Source of the DNA: Geopsychrobacteraceae bacterium
Lineage (GTDB): Bacteria > Desulfobacterota > Desulfuromonadia > Desulfuromonadales > Geopsychrobacteraceae
Direction: 5' to 3'
NCBI GenBank assembly: GCA_963676795.2
Contig: CAXXTB010000001.1
Span: forward strand, 352,001-416,000
DNA: 64,000 bases
Shown here: positions 13,391-26,111 of the stretch, in pieces
Numbering within the stretch: position 1 is the first letter of the stretch
Layout: every line of letters begins with the position of its first letter
Translations under genes and position numbers: made by a program
The notes under the pieces: model-generated
What the model was told of the DNA's origin: nothing
What the model saw: only the letters and a program-made list of their open reading frames with translations
Databases searched by the model: none

Positions 13391-15271
13391 ATGGCAAACT
13401 ACAATAAGAAATACCAGGTGATCGTTGTTGGAGCGGGGCACGCCGGTTGTGAAGCTGCGCTGGCAGCTGCTCGTATGGGGTGTGAAACCTTGTTGCTGAC
13501 GATCGGTCTGGATACGGTTGCGCAGATGTCCTGCAATCCGTCGATAGGTGGATTGGCTAAGGGGCATATTGTCCATGAGATAGATGCTCTTGGTGGCGAG
13601 ATGGGAAAGAATATTGATGCCACGGGAATTCAATTCCGCAGATTGAATATGCGTAAAGGACCCGCAGTCAGGGCATCCAGGGCTCAGGCAGATCGAATGG
13701 CCTACAGCGCACGTATGAAGGCTGTCGTCGAATCTCAATTTTATCTGGATTTGAAACAGGGGTTAGTTGAAGAACTGCTTGTTGAAAAAGATCGGATCAT
13801 AGGGGTCAAAACTCGCGAAGGTTTGGATTTCTACGGACAGACGGTTGTTGTAACCACTGGTACCTTTATGCGCGGCCTGATTCATGTCGGCTTGAATAAT
13901 TATGCAGGAGGTCGCGCAGGGGAACCCTCAGCAGAGGGGATCTCTGCGTCGTTAGAAAAGATTGGATTGCTGGTTGGTCGATTGAAAACTGGAACGCCTG
14001 CAAGACTTTCGGCACGTACGATAGATTTCAGTAAACTGGAACCACAACCTGGGGACCCGATTATAAGACCATTCTCTTTCATGAACGAACGCATAGAGAG
14101 AGAACAGGTCAATTGTTATATCGCCAAGACGAACGAAAGAACCCATCAGATCATCAGGGACAACCTTCACAAGTCTCCACTCTATGCCGGGATTATCGAG
14201 GGAATTGGACCACGCTACTGTCCTTCGATAGAAGATAAGATTATGCGGTTTCCAGATAAGACGAGCCACCAGTCATTCGTCGAGCCTGAAGGGCGCTACG
14301 GTTCTGAGATGTATCCGAGTGGGCTGTCTACTTCTCTCCCTGCTGATGTGCAGCTGGACTATTTCAGGTCTATGGTTGGATTTGAACAGGTTGAGATTAT
14401 GAGACCTGGTTATGCGATAGAATACGATTTCGTAGAACCGATGCAGTTGAAGTCATCGCTCGAAACGCGGGCTGTTAAGGGACTTTTTCATGCTGGCCAG
14501 ATCAATGGTACCTCTGGATATGAAGAAGCTGCTGGGCAGGGCCTGTTGGCAGGGATCAATGCTGCACGCTATTGTCAGGATAAAGAGCCATTGGTGCTCA
14601 GAAGAGATCAGGGGTATCTCGGGGTTATGATTGACGATCTTGTAACTCAACCAACATCAGATCCTTATCGTATGTTCACCTCTAGATCAGAATACCGACT
14701 GCTGTTGCGGGAAGACAATGCTGATGTCAGGCTGACACCTGTGGGGCGTGAGATAGGGTTGGTCAACGATGAACGCTGGGAACGATTCCAGCGCAAGCAG
14801 GAGAATGTCAGACAGCTTGAGCAGTATCTGCAGGAAAGGATGATAACTTCTGCGGATAAATCCGCGGTAGCAGAATTCGATCTTGAAGATTTGAAGAGCG
14901 GTTTAACCCTGGAGTCCTTGTTGCGCAGGCCGAACATTGAAATCTCAAGTATGGCTGCCTATTACCCAGAAATAGCACTCTATACCGATGCGGAACAGGA
15001 GCAGGTCGAAATTGCTGTGAAGTATGAAGGCTATATAAAACGGCAAAACGAGCAGGTAGCGAAATTCAAGCAACAAGAAGAGATCACGATTCCGGAAGAT
15101 ATAGACTACGCAATGATTCCGAGTATCTCGACAGAGGTCAGGGAAAAACTGAGTAAAATCAGACCGCTGAATCTTGGCCAGGCGAGCCGGATTCAGGGGG
15201 TTACCCCTGCAGCGATTACTGTCATCCACATCTATCTGCATAAGAAAAAATATGAAAAAAAAGCTGGTTGA
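13391..15271 (+). CDS. mnmG: tRNA uridine 5-carboxymethylaminomethyl modification enzyme MnmG (GidA)
   Basis: VVGAGHAGCEAA, MSCNPSIGG, GPRYCPSIEDK, GQINGTSGYEEAA, YRMFTSRSEYRL. Confidence 0.99.
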   Translation: MANYNKKYQVIVVGAGHAGCEAALAAARMGCETLLLTIGLDTVAQMSCNPSIGGLAKGHIVHEIDALGGEMGKNIDATGIQFRRLNMRKGPAVRASRAQADRMAYSARMKAVVESQFYLDLKQGLVEELLVEKDRIIGVKTREGLDFYGQTVVVTTGTFMRGLIHVGLNNYAGGRAGEPSAEGISASLEKIGLLVGRLKTGTPARLSARTIDFSKLEPQPGDPIIRPFSFMNERIEREQVNCYIAKTNERTHQIIRDNLHKSPLYAGIIEGIGPRYCPSIEDKIMRFPDKTSHQSFVEPEGRYGSEMYPSGLSTSLPADVQLDYFRSMVGFEQVEIMRPGYAIEYDFVEPMQLKSSLETRAVKGLFHAGQINGTSGYEEAAGQGLLAGINAARYCQDKEPLVLRRDQGYLGVMIDDLVTQPTSDPYRMFTSRSEYRLLLREDNADVRLTPVGREIGLVNDERWERFQRKQENVRQLEQYLQERMITSADKSAVAEFDLEDLKSGLTLESLLRRPNIEISSMAAYYPEIALYTDAEQEQVEIAVKYEGYIKRQNEQVAKFKQQEEITIPEDIDYAMIPSISTEVREKLSKIRPLNLGQASRIQGVTPAAITVIHIYLHKKKYEKKAG

Positions 15272-15908
15272 TGGTTTAAGGCACTGGGATATTGAATGTA
15301 CGGATGCTCAACTCGATATGTTGACCGTCTATCTGAACGAACTGTTGCGCTGGAATAAAAAAATAAACCTCACAGCAATCAGTGACCCAGAGTCTGCCGT
15401 AGAAAAACATCTTGTCGATTCGCTGCTGCTGGTTAAGTATCTAAATGGTGGAGAGCGGGTGCTAGATCTGGGTTCCGGAGGCGGACTGCCCTCCATTCCC
15501 CTGGCTATTGTCAGACCTGAGCAGGAAATCGTTTCTGTAGACAGTGTTGGAAAAAAAATCAACTTTCAGAAGCACATCAAAAGATTGCTGAAGCTTGACA
15601 GCTTTCTTCCTGTGCATATCCGTACCGAACAGTTGGCGGACAGTCATGAATTTCAGAGTCGATTTGACGTGGTAACAGCCAGAGCATTTACCTCATTGAA
15701 AGAATTGATGGTCGCATCGGCCATTTTTCTCAGGCCAGAAGGGCACCTTCTGGCACTTAAAGGGCCGGAAACTGAAAATGAATTGGCTGAAGCAAAAGAA
15801 ATACTCAGTCAGTGTGGCTATTCCAGCGTTCATTTCGATGAGTACCGATTGCCATACAGCCAGGCCTTAAGAACAGTTGTCCAGGCTGCATATCAGTCTA
15901 AAATTTAA
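15252..15908 (+). CDS. rsmG: 16S rRNA m7G527 methyltransferase RsmG (GidB)
   Basis: WNKKINLTAI, HLVDSL, LDLGSGGGLP, VTARAF, LALKG. Start placed at ATG 15252, overlapping the mnmG end. Confidence 0.96.
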   Translation: MKKKLVDGLRHWDIECTDAQLDMLTVYLNELLRWNKKINLTAISDPESAVEKHLVDSLLLVKYLNGGERVLDLGSGGGLPSIPLAIVRPEQEIVSVDSVGKKINFQKHIKRLLKLDSFLPVHIRTEQLADSHEFQSRFDVVTARAFTSLKELMVASAIFLRPEGHLLALKGPETENELAEAKEILSQCGYSSVHFDEYRLPYSQALRTVVQAAYQSKI

Positions 15909-15988
15909 CGATAAATTAGCTGAATAATTGCTGAGGCTATGATAACCTGCCAACTCCGGTTGACTTCAGATGTGAGGAGAGGTGTCAG

Positions 15989-16750
15989 ATGGCTAATATC
16001 ATCGCCGTTGCGAACCAGAAGGGTGGAGTTGGCAAGACCACGACAGCAGTGAATCTATCTGCTTCTCTGGCCGCTGCTGAAAAAAGAACATTGTTGATCG
16101 ATATGGACCCACAGGCTAACGCTTGCAGTGGTCTTGGAATCGATAAAACACAAGTAGAATCAACTGTTTATCATGTTTTGTTGGGGGAGAAGACAGCTCG
16201 CGAAGTTATCCGTCACACAGAACTTGAATGTCTGCATGTCCTGCCATCCAATACCAATCTCATCGGAGCAGAGATCGAACTGCTCGAAACCCCCGAACGG
16301 GAAAAACAGCTCAGAAAAGCAATAGCCGAATTGAAGGACGATTACGAATACATCATTATCGATTGTCCTCCATCCTTGAGCCTGTTGACCGTCAATGCTT
16401 TGACTGCGGCCGATTCTGTTTTTGTTCCGCTCCAGTGTGAGTTTTATGCAATGGAAGGGCTGGGTCAATTGATTCAGACTATTCGACTGGTTCAGCAGGA
16501 ATTGAATACAAAACTGAAAGTCGGGGGGATTCTGCTGACAATGTATGACGGGCGGAACAATCTCTCTCGTCAGGTCAGTGATGAAATTAAAGCTCATTTC
16601 GGCGACAAGGTTTTTGAATCTGTGGTACCACGCAATGTTCGACTGTCGGAGGCCCCGAGTTATGGCCAGCCGGTGATCATGTATGATATCGCTTCAAAAG
16701 GTGCCCAGGCTTACATGTCCTTGGCGCAGGAAGTCTTGGCGGGGGGATAA
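15989..16750 (+). CDS. parA: Chromosome partitioning ATPase ParA/Soj
   Basis: NQKGGVGKTTT, DMDPQAN, IDCPPSL, PRNVRLSEAPSYG. Confidence 0.98.
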   Translation: MANIIAVANQKGGVGKTTTAVNLSASLAAAEKRTLLIDMDPQANACSGLGIDKTQVESTVYHVLLGEKTAREVIRHTELECLHVLPSNTNLIGAEIELLETPEREKQLRKAIAELKDDYEYIIIDCPPSLSLLTVNALTAADSVFVPLQCEFYAMEGLGQLIQTIRLVQQELNTKLKVGGILLTMYDGRNNLSRQVSDEIKAHFGDKVFESVVPRNVRLSEAPSYGQPVIMYDIASKGAQAYMSLAQEVLAGG

Positions 16751-16755
16751 GAGAG

Positions 16756-17625
16756 ATGACGAAGGTGAAAAGGCCGGCACTAGGGAAAGGGATAGGTGCA
16801 TTACTCAGTTCAGCAGCACAGGAGGGCGGGAAAAAATATTTCTTTTGCCCGATAGAGGAGTTGGTGCCTCATGAACAACAGCCAAGAAAATCCTTTAATG
16901 ATACCAAGATGGCCGAACTTGTATCGTCAATAAAGGAAAAGGGGATAATTCAGCCCCTGGTTGTACGTCAACAGGGGGATCATTATCAGATCATCGCCGG
17001 TGAAAGGCGCTGGCGGGCTGCCCAAAAAGCTGGTCTGGAACGAGTTCCGGTCGTTATTCAGGACGTTTCTGAAGACTGGGCACTTGAAATTGCCCTGATT
17101 GAAAATATTCAGCGTGAAGATTTGAATCCGCTGGAAGAGGCAAGCGCCTATCGTTACCTGATAGACAGTTTTGACCTGCATCAGGATGAGGTCGCCAAGC
17201 GGGTTGGTAAGGACCGTTCCACCGTCGCCAATGCGTTGCGACTATTGAGGTTGCCCGAGAAGATCAAGAATGACTTGAGTGATGGCCGGTTGACCATGGG
17301 GCATGCGCGGGCCCTGCTGGCCCTGGATGAAGATGCTGACATGCTTGAAGCCAGTCATGAAGTCATCAACAGAAAGCTCTCTGTCCGTGAAACGGAAAAG
17401 CTTGTTAAAAAGATCAAGAATTTCGGTGCGCCGCCGAGTGAATCGCCAAAACCGGAAAAAAATATCGATCCTAATATTGTTAGCCTGGAAAATAACCTGG
17501 CACAGCACTTCGGTGCTCAGGTCAAACTTGCAACCAAAGGGAAGGGCGGTCGTATCGAAATCAATTTCTTTGATAACGACGACCTTGATCGAATTCTCGA
17601 CCTTCTGGGGCTTGCGACTGATTGA
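16756..17625 (+). CDS. parB: Chromosome partitioning CTPase ParB/Spo0J
   Basis: LGKGIGALL, QPRKSF, IIAGERRWRA, ENIQREDLNP, HTH with RSTVANALRLL. Confidence 0.98.
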   Translation: MTKVKRPALGKGIGALLSSAAQEGGKKYFFCPIEELVPHEQQPRKSFNDTKMAELVSSIKEKGIIQPLVVRQQGDHYQIIAGERRWRAAQKAGLERVPVVIQDVSEDWALEIALIENIQREDLNPLEEASAYRYLIDSFDLHQDEVAKRVGKDRSTVANALRLLRLPEKIKNDLSDGRLTMGHARALLALDEDADMLEASHEVINRKLSVRETEKLVKKIKNFGAPPSESPKPEKNIDPNIVSLENNLAQHFGAQVKLATKGKGGRIEINFFDNDDLDRILDLLGLATD

Positions 17626-17654
17626 TTTGTTAAGAATAAAGACAGGAACAACCT

Positions 17655-18071
17655 ATGTTCAGAAACAATAGACAGGAGCAAAATGAAATGAAAAAGTCAT
17701 CAGCATTAGAAAAAGCGGATATCAAGGCGTTTCTTGGCCCTGGCAGCAAGTTTGAGGGAAAGCTCAGTTTTGATGAGCTGGTCAGGATCGATGGCGTCTT
17801 CAGTGGAGAAATCAAATCGACCGATACCCTGATTATTGGAGAAACCGCAGAAATTGAAGGGAGTATCCAGGTCGGATCGCTGATTTTGAGCGGCAATTTC
17901 AAGGGGGATATCAAAGCAACAAAAAGTGTCGAATTCAGGTATCCGGCCAAGGTCGATGGCAGTATAGAGACACCGTCACTGCAGATTGAAGAAAAAGTCA
18001 TCTTCAACGGGCAGATCAGCATGGCCGAAAAAGAAAACGCCGTACCACTCAAGAAAATTGAAAAAAACTAG
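17655..18071 (+). CDS. Bactofilin (polymer-forming cytoskeletal protein)
   Basis: Beta-helix pattern FLGPGSKFEGKLSF...RIDGVFSGEI...LIIGETAEIEGSI...GNFKGDI...VDGSI...IFNGQISM. Confidence 0.88.
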   Translation: MFRNNRQEQNEMKKSSALEKADIKAFLGPGSKFEGKLSFDELVRIDGVFSGEIKSTDTLIIGETAEIEGSIQVGSLILSGNFKGDIKATKSVEFRYPAKVDGSIETPSLQIEEKVIFNGQISMAEKENAVPLKKIEKN

Positions 18072-18243
18072 TCCTGGCATTCATTTGGTAAAAAATGACA
18101 TGAATCGCGCATTGATTGGAAACAATGGTTGACTGAGGATTTCAAAAGTGCTAACTAGGTTTCTTCATCTGAAAATCCCATCAAACAAAGAAGTTTATTT
18201 AGTATTCAGTATACACAACCCATCCTGAAAAAGAGGTGTACAG

Positions 18244-18672
18244 GTGATCAGTGTTGACTGGACCTTAGGTCTGCAGTTCGTAAACTTTATTGTTCTTTTG
18301 ATTATTCTGAATAAGCTTTTATACAAGCCATTACAGAAGATTCTTGCTGAACGTCGTGAAACAATCCAGGGCAGCCACAAGCGTGCCCAGGATCTGGAAG
18401 CTGATATCGAAGCAAAATTGACAGAATATCAGAATAAAATCACTAGTGCAAAAGCGCAAGCCAACGAAGAGCGTAACAAGCTGAGAAAAGCTGGGCAGGA
18501 ACAGGAAGCAACGCTGCTTTCGGAAGCCCACTCCAAAGCTGGTACCAAACTTCAGGCTATCAAAGCGCAAGTTGCTCAGGAAGCAAGCGAAGCAAGAAAC
18601 CTGCTGAAAAAAGAAGCTGAAGCGATGGCCGGTCAGATTGCTGCAAAAATTCTCGGTCGCGAGCTGGTTTAA
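18244..18672 (+). CDS. F0F1 ATP synthase subunit b'
   Basis: QFVNFIVLLIILNKLLYKP followed by a coiled coil; first of two b-type genes. Confidence 0.92.
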   Translation: MISVDWTLGLQFVNFIVLLIILNKLLYKPLQKILAERRETIQGSHKRAQDLEADIEAKLTEYQNKITSAKAQANEERNKLRKAGQEQEATLLSEAHSKAGTKLQAIKAQVAQEASEARNLLKKEAEAMAGQIAAKILGRELV

Positions 18673-18689
18673 GAAGGAAGGTAAGGTTT

Positions 18690-19271
18690 ATGAGCAACAA
18701 AGTCAGAACAATTTTACTGACATTGGTCGTACTTACAGTTTTCTGCGGTATTGCCTGTGCCTCAGGGGGAGAACACCAGGTTGATAGCGGTGTTCTGCTT
18801 AAAGATTTCCTGTGGCGTATTTTTAACTTTGTCGTCATGGCTGCAATCCTGATTTTTTTCCTGGCTAAGCCCCTCAAAAAAGGGCTGTCCGGACGCCGTG
18901 CAGACATTGCTAAAACTCTCGCCGAAGCGAAACAGGCTAAGGACGAAGCAGAAGCGAAGTTTGCGGAATACGATAAGAAACTTTCCAAAGCTGCCGAAGA
19001 GATCGCTGGTCTGAGTGAAGCGATCCGTAAGGAAGGTGAGCTGGAAAAAGAAAAGATCATCGAAAATGCCAAAGCGATGGCCATTCAGATCGAGAAAGAC
19101 GCTGAAAAAGCCGCTGCACTGGAAATTGCCAAGGCGAAAGCCGAGCTCAAACGTGAAGCCGTCGAACTGGCGGTTGGAATTGCTGAAGAAGTTCTGAAAA
19201 AGAATTTCACCAAAGACGACGATACTCGTCTCATCGATGAGTATATGAAGAAAGTGGGAGAGTTACATTGA
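18690..19271 (+). CDS. atpF: F0F1 ATP synthase subunit b
   Basis: WRIFNF...KPL...RRADI, coiled coil, with an N-terminal hydrophobic extension. Confidence 0.93.
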   Translation: MSNKVRTILLTLVVLTVFCGIACASGGEHQVDSGVLLKDFLWRIFNFVVMAAILIFFLAKPLKKGLSGRRADIAKTLAEAKQAKDEAEAKFAEYDKKLSKAAEEIAGLSEAIRKEGELEKEKIIENAKAMAIQIEKDAEKAAALEIAKAKAELKREAVELAVGIAEEVLKKNFTKDDDTRLIDEYMKKVGELH

Positions 19272-19810
19272 GTAACAGTGCGATAGCAATCAGATACGCC
19301 AAGGCTCTGCTGAATATTGCGACCGAGCAGGACTCGGTTGAAAGATATGCAGAAGAACTGGCTGGTGTCGCAGCGGTTTTAAAGAAGGAAGATCTGCTGC
19401 GTTTGTTGCTTGATAGTCCGACTTTTCCTTTGGAAAAGAAAGCGGCAATCATGCATGATCTGGCAGCTTTGCTCAAATTGAGCGAAGGTATGCTGCGTTT
19501 CCTTGATCTGCTTCTTGAAAAAGGTCGTATCGACCAACTGGTTCAGATCGATATGAACTACAGAAAGTTTGCTGACAATCTGTCCGGAATCGTCCGGGCC
19601 AAGATTCGTGCCGCTGCCGAACTGAGTCAGGAGCGTACCGACGCGATCAAATCCGGTCTGGAAAAGCAGACGGGTAAGCAGGTTCTGCTGACCGTTGAGC
19701 AGGATGCATCACTGATCGGCGGTCTGCAGGCAGAAGTCGGCGGGAAGCTGTTTGACGGCAGTGTAAAAACTCAGTTGAAAAGAATGACAGAGACCTTAGC
19801 AAAGGGGTGA
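19268..19810 (+). CDS. atpH: F1 ATP synthase subunit delta
   Basis: AIRYAKAL, DASLIGG, FDGSVKTQL. TTG start overlaps the atpF stop. Confidence 0.96.
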   Translation: MSNSAIAIRYAKALLNIATEQDSVERYAEELAGVAAVLKKEDLLRLLLDSPTFPLEKKAAIMHDLAALLKLSEGMLRFLDLLLEKGRIDQLVQIDMNYRKFADNLSGIVRAKIRAAAELSQERTDAIKSGLEKQTGKQVLLTVEQDASLIGGLQAEVGGKLFDGSVKTQLKRMTETLAKG

Positions 19811-21328
<1,518 letters not shown>

Positions 21329-21349
21329 TAGCTATAAAAGGTAAACCAG

Positions 21350-22213
21350 ATGGCAAATCTGAAAGACATAAAGAAAAGAATCGGTTCGGTCAAGAACACG
21401 CAGCAGATCACCAAAGCGATGAAAATGGTCGCAGCTGCCAAACTGCGCCGTGCTCAGGATGCAGCAGTGTCTGCGCGTCCCTACGCCGAGAAGCTGCAGA
21501 GCGTTCTTTCGAACCTGGCTCAGCGTGAGGCAGCGGATGCTCATCCGCTCCTGTGCCAACGCGGTAAAGGGCGTGCTCTACTCGTGCTGATGACAGCGGA
21601 TCGCGGTCTCTGTGGCGGTTTCAACGCCAACGTCTCCAAAGAGGCGGAACGTTTCATCAGGAACAATCCACAGGGGTATGAGGATATCGACCTGATGATC
21701 ATCGGCCGCAAAGGGCGTGATTTTCTCAAGAGCCGGGTTGGTAAGAACATTATCAAAACTCACGAGGACATCACCAGTGATGCGAGCTACAAGACAGCTC
21801 AGTTGATCGGTGAGGAGATCGTCGCCGCCTTTGATGCAGAAACCTACGATGCCGTTTATGTTCTCTACAATGCATTCCAGAGTGCAATCGTTCAGAACGT
21901 GACCATGGAGCAGGTACTGCCGATTCAACCACAGACTGAAGCGGTTGAAGAGAATGCCGTTGAGTACATCTACGAACCGAACCGTCTTGAAGTCTTGAGC
22001 GATCTGTTACCGAAGATGGTCGAGGTTCAGGTTTTCCGCGCACTACTCGAATCGAACGCTTCGGAACAGGGTGCCCGGATGTCGGCGATGGACAGCGCCA
22101 GCCGTAACGCATCAGAAATGATCGGCAAGTTGACTCTGCAGTACAACCGTGCCCGTCAGGCGGCAATCACCACTGAGCTGACAGAGATTATTTCCGGTGC
22201 GGAATCGCTATAA
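21350..22213 (+). CDS. atpG: F1 ATP synthase subunit gamma
   Basis: [40 protein letters not shown]. Confidence 0.99.
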   Translation: MANLKDIKKRIGSVKNTQQITKAMKMVAAAKLRRAQDAAVSARPYAEKLQSVLSNLAQREAADAHPLLCQRGKGRALLVLMTADRGLCGGFNANVSKEAERFIRNNPQGYEDIDLMIIGRKGRDFLKSRVGKNIIKTHEDITSDASYKTAQLIGEEIVAAFDAETYDAVYVLYNAFQSAIVQNVTMEQVLPIQPQTEAVEENAVEYIYEPNRLEVLSDLLPKMVEVQVFRALLESNASEQGARMSAMDSASRNASEMIGKLTLQYNRARQAAITTELTEIISGAESL

Positions 22214-22262
22214 AATAACAGTGAGATTTTAAAGATAAACACGCTTATTCCGTCGTGGATAA

Positions 22263-23687
<1,425 letters not shown>

Positions 23688-23728
23688 TCAGGTCCATTAG
23701 CTGATTTTTCACAAAAAGGACAGTCGTG

Positions 23729-24139
23729 ATGGCTGAGAAATTAAAGCTTGAAATGGTGACACCTTACAAGAAGGTGCTTTCCGAAGAGGTAGATGAAGTC
23801 ACTGCCCCGGGTCTGGCCGGTGCTCTTGGTATACTGCCTGGCCACACCCCGCTGCTGACGACCCTTAAGGTTGGTGAACTCGATTACAAGATCGGTAACG
23901 AGACTTTTCATATTGCAGTCAACTGGGGTTACCTTGAGGTCGAAAATGACGCGGTAACGATTCTTGTTGATACTGCCGAAAGAGCCGATGAAATCGATCT
24001 CGAACGGGCAAAAGCCGCGCTTGGGCGTGCTGAAGAAGCGCTCAAAGGCCTTTCCCATGAAGACAAGCAGTACAAGATCATGGAAGCTGCACTGCAGCGC
24101 GCTATGATTCGGATTCAGGTGGCAGGTAAGGGCCGCTGA
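23729..24139 (+). CDS. atpC: F1 ATP synthase subunit epsilon
   Basis: LEMVTP, GILPGHTP, EIDLERA. Confidence 0.97.
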   Translation: MAEKLKLEMVTPYKKVLSEEVDEVTAPGLAGALGILPGHTPLLTTLKVGELDYKIGNETFHIAVNWGYLEVENDAVTILVDTAERADEIDLERAKAALGRAEEALKGLSHEDKQYKIMEAALQRAMIRIQVAGKGR

Positions 24140-24162
24140 TTCTACACACAGACTGATTGAAC

Positions 24163-24192
24163 AAAAACAGCATCCGCCAGGATGCTGTTTTT
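24163..24192. terminator. Bidirectional intrinsic terminator
   Basis: AAAAACAGCATCC-GCCA-GGATGCTGTTTTT between atpC and a convergent gene. Confidence 0.9.
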
Positions 24193-24973
24193 ATTTATCC
24201 AGAAGAAATTGTCTGGTCAGCTTGTGGGAATCCAGAATATCAGGCAAAGTTCTGTTTTCCAGGGTGTAGGTCAACCGGTGGCGCACTGTGCCGAGTGACT
24301 GGAAGAAATGTTCAACAGGCGCTGTTCCGGCAGACAGGGCATAATGATCGTCGCTGTTGCCGAAGTTGTTATGCAGATGGATATGGCTGAGGTAGTCACG
24401 GGTTGCGTCAAGCCAGTGCTCTAGTGAGGTCTGGCCGTAAATATTCCAGTGACCAAGGTCAAAAACGTGTCTGAAATGTTCGGATGCGAAAGATTCAAAA
24501 AGATAAAGCAGTGGATCCGGTGAATCTTCGTAGATATTTTCGAGGCAGATAACGCAACCGGATTGCTCTGCCTGAAGTATTAGCTCAGGCCAGAAGGTCA
24601 GCGAATTTTCGATCCATTCCTGCAGGTTGAAATTTTCCCTGTTTTGAGGAATCGACGGATGAAAAATGATCTTGTGCGCCTTGAGACACTCAGCAAGTTT
24701 CAAAGACCTGGAAGCCTGTTGAAACGAGCTGTTGCGCAACAGCTGATCTGATGTCCCCGGGGCAAAGCCGGAAAAAGGCGCATGGAGAGTGATCTTCAGC
24801 CCCTCATGATGTAATCTGCGTGCTGTGTCGTTGAGATGTTGAAAATCGAGCTGATCGAGTGAAACCGTTTGACAGGCAACCTCTGGCTGCAACGAATTAT
24901 CGATCAGAAAGTCGATCCTCTCAGACAGAGACTGAGCAGGAATGTTGACATAGATCAGGTTGTTCATAGACAT
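24191..24973 (-). CDS. Sugar phosphate isomerase/epimerase / AP-endonuclease-2 TIM-barrel protein
   Basis: TLHAPF, ICLEN, FDLGH, HIHLHNN..DDH, TLE metal-binding pattern. Confidence 0.85.
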   Translation of the reverse strand: MSMNNLIYVNIPAQSLSERIDFLIDNSLQPEVACQTVSLDQLDFQHLNDTARRLHHEGLKITLHAPFSGFAPGTSDQLLRNSSFQQASRSLKLAECLKAHKIIFHPSIPQNRENFNLQEWIENSLTFWPELILQAEQSGCVICLENIYEDSPDPLLYLFESFASEHFRHVFDLGHWNIYGQTSLEHWLDATRDYLSHIHLHNNFGNSDDHYALSAGTAPVEHFFQSLGTVRHRLTYTLENRTLPDILDSHKLTRQFLLDK

Positions 24974-25968
24974 TTGTTGGCCGCAATCTGTTCGAGTTTT
25001 CTGATCTCGGGTTGTTCGCCGAGGGCAATCAGTGTATCACCGGCCTGGATGATGGTCTGTGCCGATGGATTAAACGACATGGCGTTGCCGTTTTTGATGC
25101 CGACAATGATAAGGCCGAGATCTTTACGAATTCCACTGTCCAGCAGTGGTTTTCCGACCAGAGAAGAGGTCTTTGCGACTGGTATTTCATCAAGCTGCAG
25201 TTCGATGTTGTTGTGACCAGTGGCAATATCGATGAAATCGACGACAGAAGGCCGCAGTACCGCCTGGGCCATGCGATAAGCTCCCATGGAATAGGGCGAG
25301 ACAACCTTGTTGGCCCCGGCACTGAGCAGTTTCTTTTCCGTTCCGTCTTCACTGGCCCTGGCCATGATGAAAAGGTCCGGGTTGATACCGCGGGCGGAGA
25401 GGACAATATAGACATTGGCCGAATCGGTCGATACAGCTGTGATCAGCCCCTTGGCTCGTTCAATGCCGGCCTGAATGAGTGTTTCATCCTCTGTGGCGTC
25501 GGCGTTGATGTAGAGGAAGCCGTCTTCTTCGAGACGTTGAACACTTGCGACCGAGTTGTCGATAACGATGAAGGGCAGCGGTTTGCTGGCAAACTGCTTG
25601 CAGATCTGCCGGCCGATGCGTCCATAACCGCAGATGATGTAATGATTTTCGAGTTTTTTGATTTTGCTCTGCAATTTTTTTCTCCCCATGATTTGACGCA
25701 GCTGCCCTTCGACTACGAATTGAAGGGATGACGTCAGGGTGTAGGCGATAGAACCGACACCGAATATGATCAGGAATATGGTAAATATCTGACCCTGGTG
25801 ACTGAGTGTATGGACTTCGCTATAGCCGACCGTTGCCAGAGTGATGGTCGTCATGTAGAGAGATTCAAACAGGCTCCAGCCTTCAATCAGACTGTAGCCG
25901 ACTGTACCGCCGCCAATCATCACGATCAGTATTGTAACGGCAAAATAGATTTTTTTTAGGGGCTCCAT
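24964..25968 (-). CDS. Two-TM potassium channel with RCK (TrkA-N/TrkA-C) domains
   Basis: Pore filter TLATVGY, ICGYGRIG Rossmann motif, C-terminal TrkA-C. Start placed at MEPLKK. Confidence 0.92.
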   Translation of the reverse strand: MEPLKKIYFAVTILIVMIGGGTVGYSLIEGWSLFESLYMTTITLATVGYSEVHTLSHQGQIFTIFLIIFGVGSIAYTLTSSLQFVVEGQLRQIMGRKKLQSKIKKLENHYIICGYGRIGRQICKQFASKPLPFIVIDNSVASVQRLEEDGFLYINADATEDETLIQAGIERAKGLITAVSTDSANVYIVLSARGINPDLFIMARASEDGTEKKLLSAGANKVVSPYSMGAYRMAQAVLRPSVVDFIDIATGHNNIELQLDEIPVAKTSSLVGKPLLDSGIRKDLGLIIVGIKNGNAMSFNPSAQTIIQAGDTLIALGEQPEIRKLEQIAANKCL

Positions 25969-26052
25969 AGCATACTCCGGTGAAGAGGAATTCATTGTAT
26001 CCGGAGCTTTGTAAATTTCAAACGACAAAGAAGCGAATTACTTAAAAACCAG

Positions 26053-26080
26053 TTGACAAGTTGTGTATACTGCATACAAT
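26053..26080 (+). promoter_or_regulatory. Sigma70-type promoter of the GntR gene with an overlapping GntR-type operator
   Basis: TTGACA (26053-58), 16-nt spacer, TACAAT (26075-80). Near-palindrome TGTATACTGCATACA at 26064-26078. Confidence 0.7.
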
Positions 26081-26111
26081 TATATGCCATAACATGGAGG
26101 GTTCTAACGCA

